Below are positions 41,464-49,681 of a DNA stretch of 64,000 nucleotides, one piece after another. The notes beneath the pieces are model-generated. The model was not told where the DNA came from, ran no database searches, and saw nothing but the letters and a program-made list of their open reading frames with translations. The DNA is from a virus, in the IMG/VR virus record IMGVR_UViG_3300022669_000027, positions 3,302-67,301 of that record; one strand, written 5' to 3'. The position numbers and the translations under genes were made by a program. Every line of letters starts with the position of its first letter. The stretch's first letter is position 1.

Positions 41464-41512
41464 TTTACTTTCTTTTTGAATCAGAATATACTGTACTTGA
41501 AGGTAAGGGAAA
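41464..41512 (+). promoter_or_regulatory. Sigma70-like phage promoter, copy 1
   Basis: TTTACT-17 bp-TATACT after a T-rich upstream tract. 33 bp (41480-41512) are identical to the reverse complement of 49330-49362. Confidence 0.8.
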
Positions 41513-41555
41513 GCCCCTACGAACTATATAATTCATCACCTCAAGGAGATAAAAG

Positions 41556-41690
41556 ATGAAAAACATAATGTACACAATTAAACAATTGATAGTAAACACA
41601 ATTGGAAATCATCCACTAGTCGTTCTGTTAATCGGATTTGTAATGATGATGACAAGCGGAATCTATCATCTATTACTCAACTTGATGTAA
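41556..41690 (+). CDS. Small membrane peptide (44 aa)
   Basis: AAGGAG RBS downstream of the promoter. MKNIMYTIKQLIVNTIGNHPLVVLLIGFVMMMTSGIYHLLLNLM has one hydrophobic segment. Confidence 0.6.
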   Translation: MKNIMYTIKQLIVNTIGNHPLVVLLIGFVMMMTSGIYHLLLNLM

Positions 41691-41847
41691 CAAGACCCAG
41701 CAATGACAAAAAATCAACCGCTGGAATTAAGGCAGCAAAAATGCTGATGAACGGAGCATCAGCGGCTCAGGTGTCTGATATATTATACAACTGGGTATAA
41801 CCAACCACAATCGCCCCTCAAATAAAATGAGGGGCAAGGAAGAAAAA

Positions 41848-42117
41848 ATGAATACAATAAGCGTAGTAATCAAGGACGGAGACAACATCTCTGAGATGGA
41901 ACTTCAAACCGGCGATGTTTTAACTGTAAATGTTACCGATAACGGGGTAAACATTTCTCAGTATGGGGGCAGTGGGGAATGTAATATTGCTCAGGGGGCG
42001 GGAGCTGTGGGCAAGGTCGTGAACAGGACAACGGTAAGCCAGCAGACGATTAGAGGCAACGGAAACGTGTCTTCCGGCTCTGGAAGCGTCTTTGTTAACC
42101 ATTTCACGAAAAAATAA
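41848..42117 (+). CDS. Hypothetical Gly/Asn-rich protein
   Basis: AAGGAG RBS before MNTISV, on the strand opposite the head operon. Confidence 0.65.
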   Translation: MNTISVVIKDGDNISEMELQTGDVLTVNVTDNGVNISQYGGSGECNIAQGAGAVGKVVNRTTVSQQTIRGNGNVSSGSGSVFVNHFTKK

Positions 42118-42184
42118 CAAAGCCGAATCGAAGGTATAACCACAATCGCCCCGGTAGCGGGGCGAGGAGAACAGAAACGAAGTG

Positions 42185-42210
42185 GAAACCCGCCCCTTTA
42201 GGGGTGGGTC
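42185..42210. mobile_element. IS200/IS605-like subterminal hairpin remnant
   Basis: gaaacccgcccctttaggggtgggtc has the CC-TTTA-GG loop hairpin typical of IS200/IS605 ends. No tnpA or tnpB is nearby. Confidence 0.4.
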
Positions 42211-42252
42211 GTAATTGGATGTTGTATTTTCTGGATATTAGTTTGTTATATG

Positions 42253-44529
42253 TTAAAGTAGCCGTCCTGTAATAGGATCTGCCAAAGTTCCTGAAGATAT
42301 AGCCTTCAATAAATCTTTGACCGTGAGAAAATTACCATGCTGGTCCAATAATTGGACCATACTTGTTATTTTCCCGGCCCTGAATAAATCAGCCCGCTTT
42401 GGTCCAAGAATGCTGTTTTGCATAGAATCGGATTGATTTTTAAGCCAGTCAGTGTACTTCCAATCTTTGGGAACTTTGCCATCCATAGATGCCCTAGTCT
42501 GAGGGGGAATAGGCTCTAATAAATCCTTGCGTTTCCTTTTATCCCCCTTGTACTGAGCACGTAACTCCGCCCAAGACTTAGTTAGGGGAGACAATACCGA
42601 CCTGCAATTATGTACCACAAATCCTTTTACTACATAACTTTCATCTTCTTCTACTGAAAAATTATAAAGAATTTTTGGTTTTTTCGGAGTCCATGATTTG
42701 TTTGCCGTGACTTCTACATCCATAAACTCAAACATCCCTTCGTGATTATTCAATATGCGATTTATGCAGTAATATAATTCTCTTTGATTTTTAGCCGTTT
42801 TTTCATCTATATGAAATACATCCCATCCCTCTTTTTTCAAGAAAAAATCTCTTGTGGCCTCCCTTTCTTTATCAGTATGCCAATAGTCCCCATCTATTTC
42901 CAGAACTATTTTCAAGCTAGGAATAGCAAAATCCGCAAAATAAGGCCCTATCGGAAATTGAGCCTCATAGCATATCCCCTGTCTGTCTAATGCTCTTGCT
43001 GCGTTTTTCTCTAAAGAAGACATAAATCCCTTCTTAGCCATGATCCTGTTAGGATGCAAATCTGGATTCTCCGCCAATCTTTTCTTTGTGGAATCCGATA
43101 TTTTTTTTCTAACTTCTGGATCAAATGTAGGATTATTTTCTTTCATTCTTTTGGAAATAAACTTTCTTTGTTCTTCCGTAAAATCCGCTCCCGTAAATCT
43201 TCTGTCTCCCAAATTTTCTCCAGAAAAAGGATGAACTCCGTCTTGGATCATCTGTCTAGTTTTCTCATTCGCTTTTCTGGTGATCGCATAAGGATCTCGG
43301 ATCCCCTTTTCATATTCCCGGCGCAACTGCTCAGAAGCTCTTTTTGATGCAGCTTTCCTTTTTTTTGGGTCTTTTGCCCAATTTCCCCCATAATGAGAAG
43401 TGCCACATGATCTTCTACAGTACTTCAGCCAATACGGTTTTAATTCCCCACACGAGCACCTGTCTGCCATCAACAATACACTGTCTCCCACCCTTATGTC
43501 CTTAATAGGAACCCAATGACTCTTCCCATCGCGCTTCACTAATACAGGATGCTCTTCTGTAGCCGTCAATGAAATATTTTTTTTAACATCAAAATTAAGA
43601 GTATAGACTACAGGAGTCTGTTTATACTGCCTTAACAATTCTGTGACAGGCCGGAATCTTCCTTGATGAGTAAGAACCATGTCCCCGACTTTGATCTTTC
43701 CGATGGGCTTATATCCTTTGTCTGTGTATACCGGAATCTGAGGATCTATAAAACACTGCCAATGATTAGGAGGAGGAGATACCCAGCGTGGTCCCTTAGC
43801 TACTTTGTGATTTTTCTTGAATACAGTTCCGTCCGCTGCCTTACAATAAGGAGTGGTGCGTCCATCCAGTGTGGCCACATACTTGTAGCCCTTGATCAAA
43901 TCCCCCATCTGATCGTAAGACTCCCGACGTGACTCATTCAAAACAGCCATCACCGAAGTACGGGCAAGAGCTTCCGCGTTCCTTCTGGATACGGGCATGA
44001 CATTCTTTCGTATCCTTCTGGAAAGATCCCCGATAGTCTCAGCTCTCTGCATCCCCATTCGCATTTCTCTTGCAAATTTATCCTGAATAGCTTGGGTTTG
44101 CTTCTTCCACCACTGAGAAGGGAATGCGCCCTCTACCAAGGTGTTGCGAGCCAGTGCCTTGAGACGAGAAGGGGACATTGCAACAGACACAACCTTTGCT
44201 CCGAGGGCCGCAGTCATGGCTCCTGATACAAAAGCAGCTTCCGCCGCCGCCAAAGTTATCAGATCGGCATCCACGGCACCAGACACCTTATCCATATGTG
44301 TTTTTATTGTGTCTTGAGTTTGTTTCAATAAAGCCTGTAGACGTTTCGTTTGGTGGACTGTTCTTTTGGGTGCTGTGGGATCTATGGTGGCCAAATCAGA
44401 AACCAAATCGCGTTCCAGATCCTTGAGCATTTTGAGAACCTTACGCCGTTCTGACGCCTCTACCCTCATCAAGTCCACTGCGGAATGATGGATGATCTGA
44501 TCTTGTAATATCTCGTTTACTGTACTCAT
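42253..44529 (-). CDS. MuF/SPP1 gp7-type minor head protein containing an intein
   Basis: A..LARTS, ATLDGRTT..C...DG and PPNHWQ|...|CRS with the motif split by an intein. Confidence 0.88.
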   Translation of the reverse strand: MSTVNEILQDQIIHHSAVDLMRVEASERRKVLKMLKDLERDLVSDLATIDPTAPKRTVHQTKRLQALLKQTQDTIKTHMDKVSGAVDADLITLAAAEAAFVSGAMTAALGAKVVSVAMSPSRLKALARNTLVEGAFPSQWWKKQTQAIQDKFAREMRMGMQRAETIGDLSRRIRKNVMPVSRRNAEALARTSVMAVLNESRRESYDQMGDLIKGYKYVATLDGRTTPYCKAADGTVFKKNHKVAKGPRWVSPPPNHWQCFIDPQIPVYTDKGYKPIGKIKVGDMVLTHQGRFRPVTELLRQYKQTPVVYTLNFDVKKNISLTATEEHPVLVKRDGKSHWVPIKDIRVGDSVLLMADRCSCGELKPYWLKYCRRSCGTSHYGGNWAKDPKKRKAASKRASEQLRREYEKGIRDPYAITRKANEKTRQMIQDGVHPFSGENLGDRRFTGADFTEEQRKFISKRMKENNPTFDPEVRKKISDSTKKRLAENPDLHPNRIMAKKGFMSSLEKNAARALDRQGICYEAQFPIGPYFADFAIPSLKIVLEIDGDYWHTDKEREATRDFFLKKEGWDVFHIDEKTAKNQRELYYCINRILNNHEGMFEFMDVEVTANKSWTPKKPKILYNFSVEEDESYVVKGFVVHNCRSVLSPLTKSWAELRAQYKGDKRKRKDLLEPIPPQTRASMDGKVPKDWKYTDWLKNQSDSMQNSILGPKRADLFRAGKITSMVQLLDQHGNFLTVKDLLKAISSGTLADPITGRLL
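42607..43755 (-). mobile_element. Intein (383 aa) in MuF with an in-frame DUF559/Vsr-like endonuclease
   Basis: Starts CFIDPQIPVYTDKG, block B ATEEHP, ends LYNFSVEEDESYVVKGFVVHN/C. Internal Cys cluster, NUMOD3-like repeats and ADF...EIDGDYWH...D..RD. Confidence 0.92.
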
Positions 44530-44761
44530 TATATTTGCTACCTAATGATGGATGCACGGAATTTCCCGTGTACTACCGCCTCTTTTCGACCGGAAAAAAG
44601 CAAGAATCAGAGTAACTGTCCTATTATAATTCTGCTTGAACTTACTTATTTCTTTCTGAATCTCAAACCCATGTTAAAATATCAAAATACGTTATTTTTC
44701 CTCTGCTTCCTTTTCCGGGGGAGGCTCTTTTTAAATTCCCTTTGAAACTCCTGTAAAAGAT

Positions 44762-45016
44762 CTAATTCTTGATCTTTTTCCCAGACGGCAGAAAAGTAAA
44801 TTTAGACAACCGATTATAGCATTGCCATATCGAAAAAAGCAATCGAAAAGACATTGCCTTTTTCTGACCGCACACTTTCAATTTCTCTCTGATGTGTCGA
44901 TTAAATTCCACTGACCATATAGCCCAATCCTCTGCATTAACAGACTTGTTTTTGGATTTTGTATATTCCTGTTTCAACAACTTGTAACATTCATTCGGAT
45001 CGCTGGGAAAACTCAT
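44762..45016 (-). CDS. Hypothetical protein
   Basis: 84-aa ORF coupled to the upstream small ORF. Confidence 0.45.
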   Translation of the reverse strand: MSFPSDPNECYKLLKQEYTKSKNKSVNAEDWAIWSVEFNRHIREKLKVCGQKKAMSFRLLFSIWQCYNRLSKFTFLPSGKKIKN

Positions 45017-45225
45017 TTGTCATCCTTTGATTGAGTTTCATTATCAAAACCTTCTTTCCTAGAATATCCCGGACAACGAAGTAAATTGCACTGTCCGTCC
45101 GAAGATCTGCTATGATCGCATTCAGAAACCGCAGGGGGAGTGGCGAGAAAACGGCCCCTGGTTCCTGTCCATTCCTCCCATGTTCCGATAAAATGCATAC
45201 ACCCCTTTCCAAAATAAAAAGCCAT
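45013..45225 (-). CDS. Hypothetical protein
   Basis: 70-aa ORF containing the 27-bp repeat at 45152-45178. Confidence 0.35.
   Translation of the reverse strand: MAFYFGKGCMHFIGTWEEWTGTRGRFLATPPAVSECDHSRSSDGQCNLLRCPGYSRKEGFDNETQSKDDK
45152..45178. repeat. 27-bp direct repeat (second copy at 55299-55325)
   Basis: cggcccctggttcctgtccattcctcc is identical at both sites. Confidence 0.9.
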
Positions 45226-45392
45226 ACATATACCTTAACCCATAATAACAGTGAAAGGGCCAAGAAGGCCCTGCAAAATTAATTCTTCGCCGACCTCAGA
45301 TCATTATTTCTTTTTCTTTTTCTGAGTTGGTCGTTTCCGGGCTTCTTTTTGAAGTTCTTATGCCCAAACCATGACAGGTCTCCTCATATGAT

Positions 45393-46868
45393 TTACTTTT
45401 CAGAACCTTCTTCAGGCTCTTCCTCTTCCAATTCTTCGTCTATAATTTCCCCTTCTCCGGGAACTGCGGCTGTGTAAGAACGAGCGTCCAATGGAACTTC
45501 CTCTTCAATTCTTTGACGTTCCTCTTCCATGTCTATATCATCTGGATATATCTCCCCGCGCTTATAATTGAAAAATAAAACCTCCCAGGACATCGCACCG
45601 CCTTGCCAAGATTCCATCAGTTTAGCAACTTGCTCAGGAGAAAGTCTGTCATTTATAAAATCAGTATTTAATAATACATTGATTTCTTTGGTCATTCCTC
45701 TCCACTCCATCAACCATGTGAAAGCGACACTCAAAGCAGAAGATACTGTTTTGGAAATTGAAGACAGTATATTATTCTCCCCCCTGAACCGTGTAGTAAG
45801 AGTGCTGTCAGATTCGACAGCCTTCTTGGGATCTTCCAGCATCCGCGCTCCCAGTACCGCCATCATCTCTTGTTTTTCCTTCAAAGCATTTTCAAGAGAT
45901 TGCAGACCTTGACCCGTAAATTCCAAAAAACCTGCATGTGCGTCTGGTTGATCCGAGACCCATGCGACCTGAGAACCAATCCTGAAAATCTCTTCTTTTT
46001 CAAAACCTGCAACCCAGGCTGTAGGAAGGCCCGTAAAATGTCTACCATGCTCCAGATCCGCAGAAGAGCGATAGTGAGAAAGGTTCACATTGGCGAGTGC
46101 CAATATAGGAGAGTCATATATTCGAGATGTGTTATCCACCGGATTGACGAATATGAACGGAATATAGGAAAGAGACTGGTTCCCCACTGTAGGCACAACC
46201 GTGAAGTCTGGATCTTCTTCATATTCTACTACAGTCTTCCCTTTTCCTTCAGAATGATCGTTCGGGCGGAATACTCGTTGACGGTAAGTTCCTTCAAACA
46301 ATTCCAGTACACGGTATTGTTTTTTAGTTTTTTGAACAAACTCATCTTCAGTAGGTTCCTCAAAATCCTCCTCCAACACTACCAATGATAATTGAAGACC
46401 GTCTCCGTTGTCTGCGTACCTCCAATTAATAATTGCCTCTGTTTGGTACAAAGCTATATACGCGGGGCCTTGTATACCGTTGTCCCTATTTGAAGGAGCG
46501 TCCACTAATATCCCCAACCGGCCTGTTACTATGATTTCATGTACTACCGAAGATGCAAAATTATCGCAATCTTGGTAATCTTGAGTAACTGAAGAGAGCT
46601 CTTTTTTGACCCGGCCTTCCTTTTCCTGGATGAGCGGGGGTTTGCGGAAAATAGCACCCTGCAACCCTTCTACAGTTCTGCCGGTCGCCCCATAAAACAA
46701 AGCCCGTTCTTTGTATGCACTATATTCGTTGGGGGACTGTTCTGTAAGGGCGGGGAGAAATCGTACACCTGCGTCTTTGACGGCTTCCTCCCCGCCAGCC
46801 ACCGTTCTGCATTTAAACCAACTTTCTTTATTTTTGTTGTATTCTTTACAAGGGGTATTTACAGGCAT
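45393..46868 (-). CDS. Portal protein (DUF4055 type)
   Basis: Y.AY..RA.FY.AT.RT..GL.G.IF, GR.GILVD, IINW, LVVL.E, IPF.F and NL.HYR.SAD motifs. GGAGG RBS before MPVN. Confidence 0.9.
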   Translation of the reverse strand: MPVNTPCKEYNKNKESWFKCRTVAGGEEAVKDAGVRFLPALTEQSPNEYSAYKERALFYGATGRTVEGLQGAIFRKPPLIQEKEGRVKKELSSVTQDYQDCDNFASSVVHEIIVTGRLGILVDAPSNRDNGIQGPAYIALYQTEAIINWRYADNGDGLQLSLVVLEEDFEEPTEDEFVQKTKKQYRVLELFEGTYRQRVFRPNDHSEGKGKTVVEYEEDPDFTVVPTVGNQSLSYIPFIFVNPVDNTSRIYDSPILALANVNLSHYRSSADLEHGRHFTGLPTAWVAGFEKEEIFRIGSQVAWVSDQPDAHAGFLEFTGQGLQSLENALKEKQEMMAVLGARMLEDPKKAVESDSTLTTRFRGENNILSSISKTVSSALSVAFTWLMEWRGMTKEINVLLNTDFINDRLSPEQVAKLMESWQGGAMSWEVLFFNYKRGEIYPDDIDMEEERQRIEEEVPLDARSYTAAVPGEGEIIDEELEEEEPEEGSEK

Positions 46869-46936
46869 GGAATAACCTCCTTTCTTTTCATTAATCAATA
46901 ACTGAGATTATTATACGATAAAAATAAATAAATATC

Positions 46937-47233
46937 TTATAAAAAATCAACGCCGCAATTAGGGCAGTACATTCCCTCCTGCATAACATGAAGTAGATCA
47001 TTCCCACAATCACAAGTTAGATGAGGGCCTTCCCGCAGGACCAAGTACTTAAAATGCCCTTTATAACAATTGCATTTCGGACATTGTAACTGGATCGTTC
47101 CAACCGGAGCTATCCCGGTCCACTCGTGACCACATCCGATGCAATGACATTCTCCACCTATATGGGGATCATATCTTTCCGACTCTGATTTGATCTCTTT
47201 ACCGGTACAAAAATCGATCATTTTACCTGACAT
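46937..47233 (-). CDS. Double zinc-ribbon small protein
   Basis: CIGC, CPKC, CDC and CPNC pairs. Confidence 0.65.
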   Translation of the reverse strand: MSGKMIDFCTGKEIKSESERYDPHIGGECHCIGCGHEWTGIAPVGTIQLQCPKCNCYKGHFKYLVLREGPHLTCDCGNDLLHVMQEGMYCPNCGVDFL

Positions 47234-47570
47234 GTGTATATCCTTCTCTTGATAAAAAACGAACTACTTCATTCAAATCAACAATAACCCTGGGCCATTT
47301 ATTAATTGTTCCTCCGCATATACAAAAAGAGCGACTCTTTTCAGTAATGATATTGAAAGACGGATTTTCCAAAAGACTGCATATACTATAGGTCTCAAAT
47401 CCTGTAGGGCCTCCAACGAACTCGATTAAATCTTCTTCTCCTTTCCTTTCTATGACTTCCATTCGTATCGTTTTCTCCCGGCTCCTCTTTTCTACATTTA
47501 TGTATTCCCCCAAAGTTCTGTCCCATGTTCCTATAGACATCTCCCACTTCGAATTGATTTCCTTTTTCAT
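47223..47570 (-). CDS. Hypothetical protein
   Basis: RBS and ATGA coupling. Confidence 0.6.
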   Translation of the reverse strand: MKKEINSKWEMSIGTWDRTLGEYINVEKRSREKTIRMEVIERKGEEDLIEFVGGPTGFETYSICSLLENPSFNIITEKSRSFCICGGTINKWPRVIVDLNEVVRFLSREGYTHVR

Positions 47571-47745
47571 TTCCTTCTCCCTTTTCTTGTTATTTTTCTC
47601 TGATCTTCTGTCACTAAACGAGTCAAATATTCTGCAACCTTTGACTCCATGGATGAACTAACAACCGGGGCCATAGAAGAACTATTAAGATCTATGATCT
47701 GAAATATAACAATCCCGGTACATGAACTTTCTTGAATCTGCGCTT

Positions 47746-48318
47746 TCAATCCTTCCATTGGGTTCCCTCCAGTTCTTTCATTGTTTGCAAAAACAATTCC
47801 CATGAACCGATTGCCTTGATAAACAGCAATGCGCTAAAAAGAAACCGTACCACAAAAGATACCTTGCCTAATATTTTCCATGTAGACACTGTAGATTGGG
47901 GGATACCAGTTACTTCGCAGAATTTACTTTGAGGAGCCTTTATCCCGAACAACCTCACCATTCCGGTATGGACTCCGATCCCGTCCATAAACGCGGAACT
48001 GTGAGCTTTTCTCACAGTCAATATCCTCTGTATGAAACCGTCCACCGCCTGTAATTGGGCACAAATCGCCTCATTGGGATCTGTAAAAGATCCCGACACG
48101 TACCAAAATAACTCCCCAGCCTCTTCTCCCGTGGAACTGCATAATACTGTAAATTCATCCGTCACAGGACATCTGGTCAATGTCATGCCTTGCTTAAACA
48201 AAGAAACATGCCATCCCAGATTTTGGGATATTCGAATATCCCAACCCTCCGGGTCATGAAGTAAGTCGAGTCCTGCTTTCCCGGCTTCCTGAGCTTCTTT
48301 TTTTGACAAATAGGCCAC
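47746..48318 (-). CDS. Hypothetical protein
   Basis: AGGAGG RBS before a GTG start. Hydrophobic C-terminus. Confidence 0.55.
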   Translation of the reverse strand: MAYLSKKEAQEAGKAGLDLLHDPEGWDIRISQNLGWHVSLFKQGMTLTRCPVTDEFTVLCSSTGEEAGELFWYVSGSFTDPNEAICAQLQAVDGFIQRILTVRKAHSSAFMDGIGVHTGMVRLFGIKAPQSKFCEVTGIPQSTVSTWKILGKVSFVVRFLFSALLFIKAIGSWELFLQTMKELEGTQWKD

Positions 48319-48683
48319 AAAATCACCTCCTTGATTTTAAGTAACGGTTCCAGTCTACGGCTTCCGTAAAACTATCAAATTCTTCTTTGATTTTTTCTCT
48401 TTCTTCTTTGATTTCTTCGAGAGAAGGCGGGACATATCCCACAGACGGAGCGTTGATGAATTCCTTCGCTGTAATGATTTCATGTTGCATGTGCCTTTCT
48501 CCTTTATTATATAATCGTAAAAGGTTTGATATCCACGTACACATATTTCCATTCCACTGTGTACTTGAACATAGCGCGAAGATCTCCTTCCTTGTATACA
48601 ATTGCGTTCATGGATTGATCTCCTGTTGTGTTGGGTTATTCCCGGCCTTGTGACCGGGAGGGTATATTTATTTATATTCCTGC

Positions 48684-49301
48684 CTATATCAAAGAACCGT
48701 TGCTCATTTCTTCTATCCACTCTGCCTGGTGGTATCCTTCAGGCACCAGAGAATTTACTTTTATTTGGAAGTGGAGCATTGCAGAGCCTTCGAACCTGAT
48801 AGAGTTTGTAACCCGAAGGCATCTACAATCGGATTCTGTAAGTTCAGGAAAATCTTTTTTTGCCTCAAGATAAAGTTCTTTATATAGCCGTAGGTCGGTT
48901 CCGTAACAATCTGGAATAATAACGCAGTTCCATATTTCACCATTAGTCCGTACCATCTTTGTTGTGTTCATGGTTGTTTTTCTGGCAGACTTAGGAGCAG
49001 GCTTTATTATCTCCGATTGAATTTCCATATCTTCGATTTTAGAAAAACCGTACCAGTCCGTGTTGTTCGCTACCGGAGCCGCGCTTTCTTCCCATCCCAT
49101 TTTCTTAAAAAGCTGGACAGAAGAATCTGAAAAAGAATCAGAAGTCGCTAACAAGTGTAGATGCCCGCTGATTTCGTCCACTATCTTCGCTTTGGACTGT
49201 GTTGTATCAATGCCTACTGCGAGGTCACCATTCATTTCCTCAGCGGCTTCCATGATTACTTCCCGGCGTACTGTTTTGATGATTGTTGTCCGTGCTTGCA
49301 T
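48684..49301 (-). CDS. Hypothetical early-type protein
   Basis: Start reassigned to MQARTT (AGGAG RBS), just downstream of promoter copy 2. Confidence 0.65.
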   Translation of the reverse strand: MQARTTIIKTVRREVIMEAAEEMNGDLAVGIDTTQSKAKIVDEISGHLHLLATSDSFSDSSVQLFKKMGWEESAAPVANNTDWYGFSKIEDMEIQSEIIKPAPKSARKTTMNTTKMVRTNGEIWNCVIIPDCYGTDLRLYKELYLEAKKDFPELTESDCRCLRVTNSIRFEGSAMLHFQIKVNSLVPEGYHQAEWIEEMSNGSLI

Positions 49302-49329
49302 TTTGTTCTCCTGGTTGATTTGTATACCG

Positions 49330-49378
49330 TTTCCCTTACCTTCAAGTACAGTATATTCTGATACGGAAAGAAAGTAAA
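49330..49378 (-). promoter_or_regulatory. Sigma70-like phage promoter, copy 2
   Basis: TTTACT-17 bp-TATACT on the minus strand, sharing 33 identical bp with copy 1. Confidence 0.8.
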
Positions 49379-49681
49379 GAAAAAAATAACGTATTTCGAT
49401 ATTTTTTTCTCGCCAACAAAAAGCCCCTCTCTTTCTTGTCGGTGAAGAGAGGGGCAAAAGGAGGGTAAGCGGAGAACAGAATAATAAAAAACGCTTACTA
49501 ACAACGGACAACACTAATGCTTCGGGAAAGAAGCACAACCACTGGAACCCTTACTTGGCCCTCTCGATTTAGGAATATCCGTTACTAAATTATTATACAA
49601 CGGAAAAAAGAAAAAGGGGAAATAAATATTTCCCCCCGATCCATGTAACCGATAACTGTACCTACTGCATACAACAATAAT

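Noticed and set aside
49302-49538. N-terminal extension of ORF 48684..49538
   Set aside because: It overlaps the promoter and a hairpin. The RBS supports a start at 49301.
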